Assembly (NCBI GenBank): GCA_963828255.1
Contig: CAWHDZ010000011.1
Span: 64,001-128,000, forward strand
Direction: 5' to 3'
Source of the DNA: an uncultured delta proteobacterium
GTDB taxonomy: Bacteria; Myxococcota; Myxococcia; Myxococcales; Anaeromyxobacteraceae
Length of the DNA: 64,000 bases
Both the position numbers and the translations under genes were made by a program. The notes under the pieces are model-generated. The model saw only the letters and a list, made by a program, of their open reading frames with translations, was not told where the DNA came from and did not search any database. Positions 55,217 through 64,000 of this stretch are shown one piece after another. Every line of letters begins with the position of its first letter. Position 1 is the stretch's first letter.

Positions 55217-57445
55217 GTGATTCGCATCCGGATCGGCTTGGGATGGGCCTCCGACCCCGAGGTCAGGGCCGGCCTGCGGGCCGGGTCCCAGGAGCCCCGG
55301 CGGGCCGCCATCCGGGCCATCGTGGACGTCGTGGCCATCGAGGTCGAAGGGGTGGACATCGCCGCCGGGAGGACCGAGGGGCCCGTCGCCGAGGGCGTGC
55401 TCGGGATGCTCCGGGCCATCGACCGGCTGGCCGCGGGAGAGGAGCACGCCTCGGTCCCCTTCGAGGACGGGGCGGTCGAGCTCCTCCTGCACCGCCGGGG
55501 AGGGGTCGCGCTGCTCTCGGTGGCCACCCTCTCCCGGCCCGCCAGGCTGCTCGCCCACGACGTGGAGGTGGACCTTCCCCGGCTCGCCGAGGCGGCGCGG
55601 GAGGCCGCGACCGCCTTCTGCGCCCGCGTGGCGGAGATCGCCCCCTCGGCCCGCGCCCTCCCCGAGCTTCGGAGCCTCTTGCGCGCCGCAACACGGACGC
55701 CCCCGCTGGCCTCCCCGGGGCCCGTCGCCGTTCCAGCGACCCGCGCCCTGCGGACCCACCGCCGCCGGCGGGACGCGGCCTGCAGCTTCGAGATCCACGA
55801 CGAGGCGGGGCGACTGTCCACCTGGCGCGGACCGGGAACCGATCTGGATTCCCTCCTCGTCCGGGGGCGCGTCTCCTTCCGCACTCCCGCGGGGGACGAG
55901 TTCCTGTCCGTCGCCGGCGCGCCCTACCTGACCTTCCGGGACCTCTGCGCCGCGGCGGCCCGGTTCGCCGCGTCGCCGGCAGCTCCGGTCACCTTCGACC
56001 TGGCCCGCCCCGGCCGCAACGCCACCTCCCGGGTGACCGTGGCCGACGGCGCGGTCTCGGTCGGGGGGGCCGTCGCGGTCCGGTGCGGCTCCCTGGAACT
56101 CGCCCAGGCCATCCTCGAGGGGGTCGCCGACTTCTGCGCCGTCGTCCGGCGCCGCGCTCCAGGCCAGGCCGGGAACACCATGCTCTCCGATCTGGAGGCC
56201 TCGGCAGCCGTCACCCTCGCCCACGTCCTGGAGGCCCGCGAGGGTGACCGGCTCTTCGCGTCCCGGCGACGGGTCAGGACCGGCCGGGAGGAGCGCCCTT
56301 CCCGCCGTCCCCTGGGACCGGGCAGCCTGCGCCGGATCTCGTTCCGGAGCATCGCCTCCACCGACGTCGGGCCGCCGGCCGGGGAAGGGCTCCTCCTCCG
56401 GGGCGACGTCCTCGTCGCCTGCGGCCGGGAGAGGACGCTCGCGCTCGACGCAGGGCGCGGCACCATCCTCTGGAGCGCGCCCGGCGCCTTCCAGTGCACG
56501 GCCGACGACCGCGCCGTCGCGCTCCTGCGCGGGGGCACCATCGAGGCGCGCGACATCGGGAGCGGGTCGGTGATCTGGACCCGGCCGGCGCCCCCCGAGG
56601 CCGATGCCCGCAGCGCCCTCTCGCTCCCGCCCGGAGGGCGCCTGTTCGTCGCCACGGGCCCCTCCGTCTCGACATTCGACGCGTCGCGGGGCGGCGCACT
56701 CTGGACCTTCGTGTCCCCCGGGGCGGCGCGTCTCTCCCTCCTCCCGCTCGGACCGCTCCTGGTCGTGGCGTCCGACACCGGGATGGTCCACGCCCTCGAT
56801 CCGGCCGGCCAGCTCGCCTGGCGCCTGCGCGGGGCCGGGCCGCTCGCCGCTCCGGTGACGGGGTCGGGTCGCTCCTGCCTCCTCGCCTTCGTCACGCCCA
56901 CCGGCGCCACACTGGCCGCGGTGGACCCGTCCACCGGCGCACGCCTCTTCGAGACCTCCCTCGACTTCAGCCCCGCAGGCCAGCCGATCCGGTTCGCCGG
57001 GCGCATCGTGCTGGCCGGGAGCGTCGCGGGCGACGCCGTCATCGCCGCGCTCGAGGAGGACGGTACGCCGGCGTGGGCCGAGCCCTCCCCCACCGGCGGC
57101 GCGCCCTCGCTCGTTCCCTGCGGGGCGGTGCTGGTCGCCAAGGGGGCCGACGGGACCTGCGGCGCGCTGGACCGGGAGGGCAGGACGCTCTGGCTGCGAT
57201 CGTGCGCGGGGAGGCCGGTTCCTCCCGGGAACATCCCGCCGATCGCCGCGCGCGGCGTCGTCGTCGCTGCGGCGGAGGAGGTGGAGCTCCTCGACGTCTC
57301 GACGGGCGCGCCGATCGGGCGCGTCCCCGCACTCGCCCCGGCGCGGCTCTTGGTGGACGGCGACCTGACCACCTGGGCGCTCGACGCGGAGGGGCTTCTC
57401 ACCGGCGACCGCGTCCGGGGCCACCTCTCCCTGGTCGAACGCTAG
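55217..57445 (+). CDS. Cytoplasmic protein with a C-terminal PQQ-like beta-propeller
   Basis: Repeated ALD..G...W blades; no signal peptide. Confidence 0.75.
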   Translation: MIRIRIGLGWASDPEVRAGLRAGSQEPRRAAIRAIVDVVAIEVEGVDIAAGRTEGPVAEGVLGMLRAIDRLAAGEEHASVPFEDGAVELLLHRRGGVALLSVATLSRPARLLAHDVEVDLPRLAEAAREAATAFCARVAEIAPSARALPELRSLLRAATRTPPLASPGPVAVPATRALRTHRRRRDAACSFEIHDEAGRLSTWRGPGTDLDSLLVRGRVSFRTPAGDEFLSVAGAPYLTFRDLCAAAARFAASPAAPVTFDLARPGRNATSRVTVADGAVSVGGAVAVRCGSLELAQAILEGVADFCAVVRRRAPGQAGNTMLSDLEASAAVTLAHVLEAREGDRLFASRRRVRTGREERPSRRPLGPGSLRRISFRSIASTDVGPPAGEGLLLRGDVLVACGRERTLALDAGRGTILWSAPGAFQCTADDRAVALLRGGTIEARDIGSGSVIWTRPAPPEADARSALSLPPGGRLFVATGPSVSTFDASRGGALWTFVSPGAARLSLLPLGPLLVVASDTGMVHALDPAGQLAWRLRGAGPLAAPVTGSGRSCLLAFVTPTGATLAAVDPSTGARLFETSLDFSPAGQPIRFAGRIVLAGSVAGDAVIAALEEDGTPAWAEPSPTGGAPSLVPCGAVLVAKGADGTCGALDREGRTLWLRSCAGRPVPPGNIPPIAARGVVVAAAEEVELLDVSTGAPIGRVPALAPARLLVDGDLTTWALDAEGLLTGDRVRGHLSLVER

Positions 57446-57449
57446 CCCT

Positions 57450-58184
57450 TCACACCCCGAGGAACAGGCGCCGCCCGAAGTTGGCCGCCACCTTGGCCGC
57501 GAAGATGCGCTGGGCCGAGGTCTCGATGTCGTAGGGGACCCGCACGTACTCCACGCTCCGCGCCTCGGTGTCGTGCAGGACGAAGCAGGCCCGGTTGTCG
57601 CAGTCCCGGGGTTGCCCCACCGCACCCACGGTCACCACGTACTTGTAGCCGGGACGGAGCCGGAACTTGCGTCCCGAGACCTCGACCACCTCGCTCCCGG
57701 CCTGGAGGGCGAAGACCTTGGTGAGGTGGGAGTGGCCGATGAACGTGACCCGCGGGAGGGTGTCCACGACGGGGAGGAGCTCGGCCGCCTGCTCGCTGGC
57801 CAGGATGTAGTCGTAGGCCTCGGGATCCCGCGGGGAACCGTGGCTGAAGCCGACGTCGCCGAGCCGCGCGGCGTAGGGCAGTCCGGCCAGCCAGGCCTTG
57901 TTCTCGGGGCGCAGCACCCCCGCGGTCCAGTCGAGGGCGTGCCGGGCCGCGTCGTAGTAGAACGCGTAGTCCATGCGGGCGGTCACCGCCGCGTCGTGGT
58001 TCCCGAGGAGCGCGATCCCCACCAGGCGGCGCAGGATCTCGCAGCACTCGTTCGGGCTGGCGCCGTAGCCGACCACGTCGCCCAGCGAAACCACCATGTC
58101 CACCCCGCGCTCGGCGATGGCTCGCTCCACCTCGGTCATCGCCTCGAGGTTCGCGTGGACGTCGCTGAGGATGGCGAGCCGCAT
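57450..58184 (-). CDS. Metallophosphoesterase
   Basis: SDVHAN, GDVVGYG, GNHD, GHSH and GQPRD motifs. Confidence 0.93.
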   Translation of the reverse strand: MRLAILSDVHANLEAMTEVERAIAERGVDMVVSLGDVVGYGASPNECCEILRRLVGIALLGNHDAAVTARMDYAFYYDAARHALDWTAGVLRPENKAWLAGLPYAARLGDVGFSHGSPRDPEAYDYILASEQAAELLPVVDTLPRVTFIGHSHLTKVFALQAGSEVVEVSGRKFRLRPGYKYVVTVGAVGQPRDCDNRACFVLHDTEARSVEYVRVPYDIETSAQRIFAAKVAANFGRRLFLGV

Positions 58185-58186
58185 CG

Positions 58187-59128
58187 TCAGGGTCGGGGGG
58201 CCACCGGAAGGACGTCCACGTCGAGGTCGTCGAAGTGGGCCAGGCGCCGGAACTCGGCGTAGCGGGCCCGGATCTCGTGCGGCCCCAGGTCGCGAAGCCG
58301 GTCGAGGCTGAAGCGCTCGACCGCGTAGCTCGCCAGCACGCTGCCCACCACGATGGCCCGCCGCATGGCCGGGACGTCGAGCGCGCCGGACCGGGCCAGG
58401 TACCCCATGAAGCCCCCGGCGAAGCTGTCGCCCGCTCCGGTGGGGTCGAAGAGCTCGGCCAGCGGGTAGGCGGAGCTGGCGAAGACCTCGGCGCCGGAGA
58501 AGAAGAGCGCGCCGTACTCCCCGCGCTTCACCACCACGGCGCGCGGGCCGAAGGAGAGGATGGCCTTGGCCGCCTTGACGATGTTGTGCTCGCCGGCCAG
58601 CTGGCGGGCCTCGGCGTCGTTGACGAAGAGCAGGTCCACCCGGCGCAGCACCTCGAGGAGGGCCTTCTTCTTCGAGGTGATCCAGAAGTTCATGGTGTCG
58701 GCCGCCACGATTCGCGGCGCCCGCACCTGGTCGAGCACGGAGAGCTGCAGCTCCGGGTCGATGTTGCCCAGGAAGACGTGGCTCGAGTCGCGGAAGGGAT
58801 CGGGGAGGACGGGGCGGAAGTCGGCGAAGACGTTGAGCTGGGTGTCGAGGGTGTGGGCCTGGTTCAGGTCGAACTCGTAGCGACCCGACCAGCGGAAGGT
58901 CCGCCCGGGGCGCCGCTCCAGGCCGGAGACGTCCACGCCGCGCCCGCGCAGGAACTCCACGTGTTCCTGGGGGAAGTCCTCCCCGACCACCGCGACCACC
59001 CGGACCGGGGCGAAGAAGCTCGCCGCCGTGGAGAAGTAGGTAGCCGACCCCCCCAGCACGTCCTCCCGGACGCCGAAGGGCGTCTGGAGCGAGTCGAGCG
59101 CAACCGAACCGACCGCGAGCAGGGCCAT
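58187..59128 (-). CDS. PfkB-family carbohydrate kinase
   Basis: GGSATY, DTMNFW and DPTGAGDSFAGG motifs. Confidence 0.93.
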   Translation of the reverse strand: MALLAVGSVALDSLQTPFGVREDVLGGSATYFSTAASFFAPVRVVAVVGEDFPQEHVEFLRGRGVDVSGLERRPGRTFRWSGRYEFDLNQAHTLDTQLNVFADFRPVLPDPFRDSSHVFLGNIDPELQLSVLDQVRAPRIVAADTMNFWITSKKKALLEVLRRVDLLFVNDAEARQLAGEHNIVKAAKAILSFGPRAVVVKRGEYGALFFSGAEVFASSAYPLAELFDPTGAGDSFAGGFMGYLARSGALDVPAMRRAIVVGSVLASYAVERFSLDRLRDLGPHEIRARYAEFRRLAHFDDLDVDVLPVAPRP

Positions 59129-59139
59129 GGTGCGGTGCT

Positions 59140-60258
59140 CTACCCCGCGGAACCACGGCCGGTCAACGTCGGCGTTCGATCCGCGCCCCGACGGCGAGGA
59201 TCCCCCGGACCTCCCTCGGCCGCGAGCTGCCCGCAGGCCGCCGCGATGTCGCGACCCCGGTTGCGGCGCACCACGGCGGTCACGTTGGCAGCCACGAGCC
59301 TGTCCCGGAAGGCCTCGACGCGCCCCGGCTCGGGCGCCCGGAACCCCAGCCCGGGGTTCTCGTTGTACGGGATGAGGTTCACCTTGGCCGGGATTCCCTT
59401 CACCAGCCGGGAGAGCCGGACGGCGTCCTCGTCGGTGTCGTTCACGCCCCCGAGCAGCACGTACTCGAAGGTGATGCGCCGCCCCTTCTTCATGGGGAAG
59501 TCACGGCAGGCGGCGAGCAGGTCCCGGAGCGGCCAGCGCCGGTTGAGCGGCATGAGCGCGCTGCGCACCTCGTCGGTGGTGGCGTTCAGGGAGACCGCGA
59601 GCTTCACGTCGGTCTCCTCCCCGAAGCGGCGCATCTCCGGGACGATCCCCGCCGTGGACACGGTCACGTGCCTGTTGGAGAAGTTGGGCCCGTCCTCGGA
59701 GAGCAGGACGTCGAGGGCCGCCTTGACGTTGTCGTAGTTGTGGAGCGGCTCACCCATCCCCATGAAGACCAGGTTGGTGAGGGGGCGCGGCGGGGAGCCC
59801 TCCTCGAGCTCGATCAGGCGGCGGTTGGCCCGTGCCACCTGGTCCACGATCTCGCCGGAGGTGAGGTTCCGGGAGAGCCCCATCGTCCCCGTCATGCAGA
59901 AGGTGCAGCCCACCGCGCAACCGGCCTGGGTGGAGACGCAGAGGGTCTTCCGCCCCGTCTCGGGCATGTAGACCGACTCGATGAGCTTCCCGTCCACGGT
60001 GCGCCAGGTCCACTTGATGGTCCCGTCGGAGGAGCGGCGCTCCTCGGCCCGCTCCAGGGCGGAGAGCGGGATCTCGGCGGCGATCCGGGCCCGCAGGGCG
60101 GCCGGGAGGTCGCTCATCTCGTCGAGCGTGGCCGCGCCCTTCTGGTGCAGCCAGCGGAAGATCTGGCGGGAACGGTAGGGCTTCTCCCCCAGCCGGGCAA
60201 CCAGCGCGTCCACCCCGGCGCGGGAGAGCGACCGGAGATCCGCGAGGGCCGGCGGCAC
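59140..60258 (-). CDS. rlmN: Dual-specificity RNA methyltransferase RlmN
   Basis: CAVGCTFC, MGMGEP and AACGQL motifs. Confidence 0.95.
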   Translation of the reverse strand: MPPALADLRSLSRAGVDALVARLGEKPYRSRQIFRWLHQKGAATLDEMSDLPAALRARIAAEIPLSALERAEERRSSDGTIKWTWRTVDGKLIESVYMPETGRKTLCVSTQAGCAVGCTFCMTGTMGLSRNLTSGEIVDQVARANRRLIELEEGSPPRPLTNLVFMGMGEPLHNYDNVKAALDVLLSEDGPNFSNRHVTVSTAGIVPEMRRFGEETDVKLAVSLNATTDEVRSALMPLNRRWPLRDLLAACRDFPMKKGRRITFEYVLLGGVNDTDEDAVRLSRLVKGIPAKVNLIPYNENPGLGFRAPEPGRVEAFRDRLVAANVTAVVRRNRGRDIAAACGQLAAEGGPGDPRRRGADRTPTLTGRGSAG

Positions 60259-60260
60259 GG

Positions 60261-61610
60261 TCAGCCCCCCTCGACGGCAGCCGGGACCGGCTCGGGCCGC
60301 GCGATCTCCACCCGGGTGACCCGCCTGTCGTCGGCTCCACGCACGGTGAACCGGAACCCGTCGCAGTCCACGTGGGCGCCGACGGAGGGGACGCGCCCGG
60401 CGGTCGCCGTGACGAACCCCCCCAGCGTCTCGTAGTCCCCCTCGTCCGGGAAGCGCAGGACGCCCCGCTCCCCCGGCTCGACCCCGTTCTCGCGGTCGAT
60501 GTACTCCTCCAGCTCCCGCAACGGGACCGCCGCGTCGGCCATCCAGACTCCAGCGCCCACCTTCTTCACCTGGGCGGACTCGGCGTCCCCCTCGTCCTGG
60601 ATCTCGCCGACGATCTCCTCGAGCACGTCCTCGAGCGTGACCACGCCGCTCGTGCCGCCGAACTCGTCCACCACCACGGCGAGGTGGGTCTTGCGCCGCT
60701 GCATCTCCTTGAGGAGCCGCGAGACCTTCATCTGCTCGGGCACGAAGAAGGCGGGCTTGAGCACCCGGTCCCAGGGGATGGGTTGCGGCCCCCGGGCCAC
60801 CTCGAGGACGATGTCGCGCACCATGAGGATCCCCACGATGTTGTCGGCCGACCCCTCGTAGACCGGCATGCGGCTGTAGGGGTTCTCGGTGACCACCCGG
60901 ACGATCTCGTCGCGTGGCGCGTCGCGGTCGAGGGCCACCATCCGGGTCCGCGGGACCATGATCTCCTTCACCACCCGGTCGGCGAACTCGAGGACGCTGT
61001 TGAGCAGCTCCTCCTTCACCTCGTCGAGCACGCCCTCGCGGGTACCCATCTCGATGATGTACTCGATCTCCTCGCTGGTCACCGCCGGGCCGGGCGGGAT
61101 CTTTCCGCCGCCGAAGAGGCGCATCAGCCCGTGGGTGGCGCGGACCAACCCGATCGAGATGGGCCAGAGGATCCACGAGATGGCGCTCACGAAGGGGATG
61201 AGCGCCATCGAGAACTGGATCGGGTGGCGCTTGGCGAGGGTCTTGGGCACGACCTCGCCGGCGAAGAGGACCACCACCGTCGCCACGCCGGTGGCCACGC
61301 CGAGCGCGGTCGCGGGTGAGAACCCGTGGGCCGAGGCCACGCTCGCCGCGATCTCGCCGGCCAGCACGCCTCCGCCGATGTTGAGGAGGGTGTTGGTGAC
61401 GAGCACTGCCGAGAGGACGCGCTCCGGGTGCTCCAGCCAGACCCTCATGAGCCGGGCGCGCCTCCCCCCCGACTCGACCAGCTGTCGTGTCCGCAATTCG
61501 CCGAGCGCGGTCAGCGCGGTCTCGGACGCCGACGTGGCTGCGGAGCCCAGCACCACGCCCGCAGCGGCAAACCATTCCCATGTCGGAGGTCCCAGCACGT
61601 GCCCTTCCAT
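60261..61610 (-). CDS. Hemolysin/CNNM-family (TlyC/CorC) membrane protein
   Basis: DUF21-type TM region, CBS pair (MVPR, VDEFGG) and CorC domain. Confidence 0.92.
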   Translation of the reverse strand: MEGHVLGPPTWEWFAAAGVVLGSAATSASETALTALGELRTRQLVESGGRRARLMRVWLEHPERVLSAVLVTNTLLNIGGGVLAGEIAASVASAHGFSPATALGVATGVATVVVLFAGEVVPKTLAKRHPIQFSMALIPFVSAISWILWPISIGLVRATHGLMRLFGGGKIPPGPAVTSEEIEYIIEMGTREGVLDEVKEELLNSVLEFADRVVKEIMVPRTRMVALDRDAPRDEIVRVVTENPYSRMPVYEGSADNIVGILMVRDIVLEVARGPQPIPWDRVLKPAFFVPEQMKVSRLLKEMQRRKTHLAVVVDEFGGTSGVVTLEDVLEEIVGEIQDEGDAESAQVKKVGAGVWMADAAVPLRELEEYIDRENGVEPGERGVLRFPDEGDYETLGGFVTATAGRVPSVGAHVDCDGFRFTVRGADDRRVTRVEIARPEPVPAAVEGG

Positions 61611-61680
61611 ATAGCGCAGCGCCCCGGTCCGGGCCTTGCCGGACGGGGCGCATCACAACAAGATGAACGAGATCAGGCGC

Positions 61681-62124
61681 TTAGAGCTTGCCCTTCCAGT
61701 CGTAGGCGTGGACCTCGATCTCCGGGAAGAAGTAGGAGATCTCGACCTTGGCGGTCTCCGGGGCGTCGGACCCGTGGACCGTGTTCTTCTCGATGTCGGT
61801 CGCGAAGTCGGCGCGCAGGGTGCCTGCCGCAGCCTTCTTCGGATCGGTCGCTCCCATGACCTCGCGGTTCCTGGCGATCGCACCCTCGCCCTCGAGGACC
61901 ATGAGGACGACCGGGCCGCTCGTCATGGACTTGACCAGGTCCGCGAAGAAGGGGCGCGCCCGGTGGACGGCGTAGAAGCCCTCCGCCTCGGCCTGCGACA
62001 GCCGCTTCAGCTTCATGGCCACGGGCTTCAGGCCGACCGCCTCGAAGCGGGCGATGACGCGGCCGATGACGCCCTTCTCGACCCCGTCCGGCTTGATGAT
62101 GGAAAACGTCCTCTCGATCGCCAT
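61681..62124 (-). CDS. ndk: Nucleoside diphosphate kinase
   Basis: IIKPDGV, GTLRADF and NTVHGSD motifs. Confidence 0.97.
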   Translation of the reverse strand: MAIERTFSIIKPDGVEKGVIGRVIARFEAVGLKPVAMKLKRLSQAEAEGFYAVHRARPFFADLVKSMTSGPVVLMVLEGEGAIARNREVMGATDPKKAAAGTLRADFATDIEKNTVHGSDAPETAKVEISYFFPEIEVHAYDWKGKL

Positions 62125-62140
62125 GTTTCTCTCCTGTTCG

Positions 62141-63193
62141 TTAACGCCTGGACGGCTTCTTCTTCGCCGGCGCGACCTTCGCTGCCGGCTTCGCCGCGGC
62201 CTTCGACGCCGCCCTGGGCGGGGCCTTGGCGGAAGCCTTGGCCGGGACCTTGGACAGCGCCTTCGGGACAGCCACCTTTGCCGGGGCCGCCGCGGGGGCC
62301 GCCGCCTTGGCCTTGCGCCCTGCCAGCAGGTCCTTCATGGCCGCTCCCAGCACGGAGGGGGACTCGCAGACCAAGATGCCGGCGTCCCGCATGACGGCCA
62401 TCTTGGCCTCGGCGGTGTCGCCCCCGCCCGAGATGACGGCTCCGGCGTGCCCCATGCGCTTCCCGGGAGGGGCGGTGCGGCCAGCGATGAATCCCACCAC
62501 CGGCTTCGTCATGTTGGCCTTGACCCACTCGGCGCCGCGGGCCTCCTCGGTGCCGCCGATCTCGCCGATCATGATGACGCCGTCGGTTTCCGGGTCGGCC
62601 TCGAAGAGTCGCAGCACCTCGATGAAGTCGAAGCCGTGGACCGGGTCGCCGCCGATGCCCACCGCTGTGGTCTGGCCGAGCCCGGTCTGGGTGAGCTGCA
62701 GCACCGCCTCGTAGGTGAGCGTGCCGGAGCGCGAGACCACGCCGATGCGCCCGGGACGGTGGATGTGCCCGGGCATGATGCCGATCTTGCACTGGCCCGG
62801 GGTGATGACGCCGGGGCAGTTGGGCCCGAGCAGCCTCACGCCCGGCTGGTCCTGCAGGTAGCGCTTCACCCGCACCATGTCGAGGACCGGGATTCCCTCG
62901 GTGATGGCGACGACCAGCGGGATGCCGGCGTCGGCGGCCTCGAGGATCGAGTCGGCGGCGAACGGGGGTGGGACGAAGACGGCCGACGCGTTGGCGCCGG
63001 TCTCCCGGACCGCCTGCTCGACCGTGTTGAAGATGGGCACCTGCCCCTGGAAGCGCGTACCGCCTCGTCCCGGGGTGACGCCGGCCACGATCTTGGTGCC
63101 GTAGGCCAGCATCTGCTCCGAGTGGAAGCTGCCGGCGGAGCCGGTGATGCCCTGGACGACGACGCGCGTGTTTCGATCGACGAGGATGCTCAC
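62141..63193 (-). CDS. sucD: Succinyl-CoA synthetase alpha subunit with Lys/Ala/Pro-rich tail
   Basis: [15 protein letters not shown] and MGHAGA motifs. Confidence 0.96.
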   Translation of the reverse strand: MSILVDRNTRVVVQGITGSAGSFHSEQMLAYGTKIVAGVTPGRGGTRFQGQVPIFNTVEQAVRETGANASAVFVPPPFAADSILEAADAGIPLVVAITEGIPVLDMVRVKRYLQDQPGVRLLGPNCPGVITPGQCKIGIMPGHIHRPGRIGVVSRSGTLTYEAVLQLTQTGLGQTTAVGIGGDPVHGFDFIEVLRLFEADPETDGVIMIGEIGGTEEARGAEWVKANMTKPVVGFIAGRTAPPGKRMGHAGAVISGGGDTAEAKMAVMRDAGILVCESPSVLGAAMKDLLAGRKAKAAAPAAAPAKVAVPKALSKVPAKASAKAPPRAASKAAAKPAAKVAPAKKKPSRR

Positions 63194-63207
63194 GGTGTTC
63201 CTCCCGC

Positions 63208-64000
<793 letters not shown>

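Overview
High-GC bacterial chromosome segment whose gene content and order resemble Myxococcota (Anaeromyxobacter-like); this assignment is inferred from protein families, not from a search. Most of the window is housekeeping: gdh, an ABC exporter, degP, pheA, a uvrD-Hsp70-SCP2 (stkABC-like) operon, hutH, a lipA/2-oxoacid dehydrogenase/lpdA/lipB operon, moaA, thiC, eno, glpX, hom, rlmN, ndk and sucCD. Two tRNA genes (Thr-CGT at 2.66 kb, Val-CAC at 25.4 kb) are each followed by tandem direct repeats resembling integrase arm sites and by a decayed accessory patch (about 2.8-8.7 kb and 22.9-25.3 kb). Notable items: (1) a chimeric surface lipoprotein with native high-GC Ig-like repeats fused to two ~50% GC glycan-binding-like modules; (2) a double HARE-HTH protein with an apparently inactive Mrr domain and a charged tail, divergent from a cytoplasmic beta-propeller gene; (3) an orphan ectoine-type aspartokinase; (4) a LipB-NUDIX fusion; (5) SucD with a histone-like tail; (6) gene relics missed or mis-framed by the ORF track (integrase, grpE C-terminus, YbjN-like). 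Two single-base frameshifts (lipA and the lipoprotein) may be sequencing errors. No CRISPR array, rRNA or intact mobile element was seen. All family calls are by eye from motifs.
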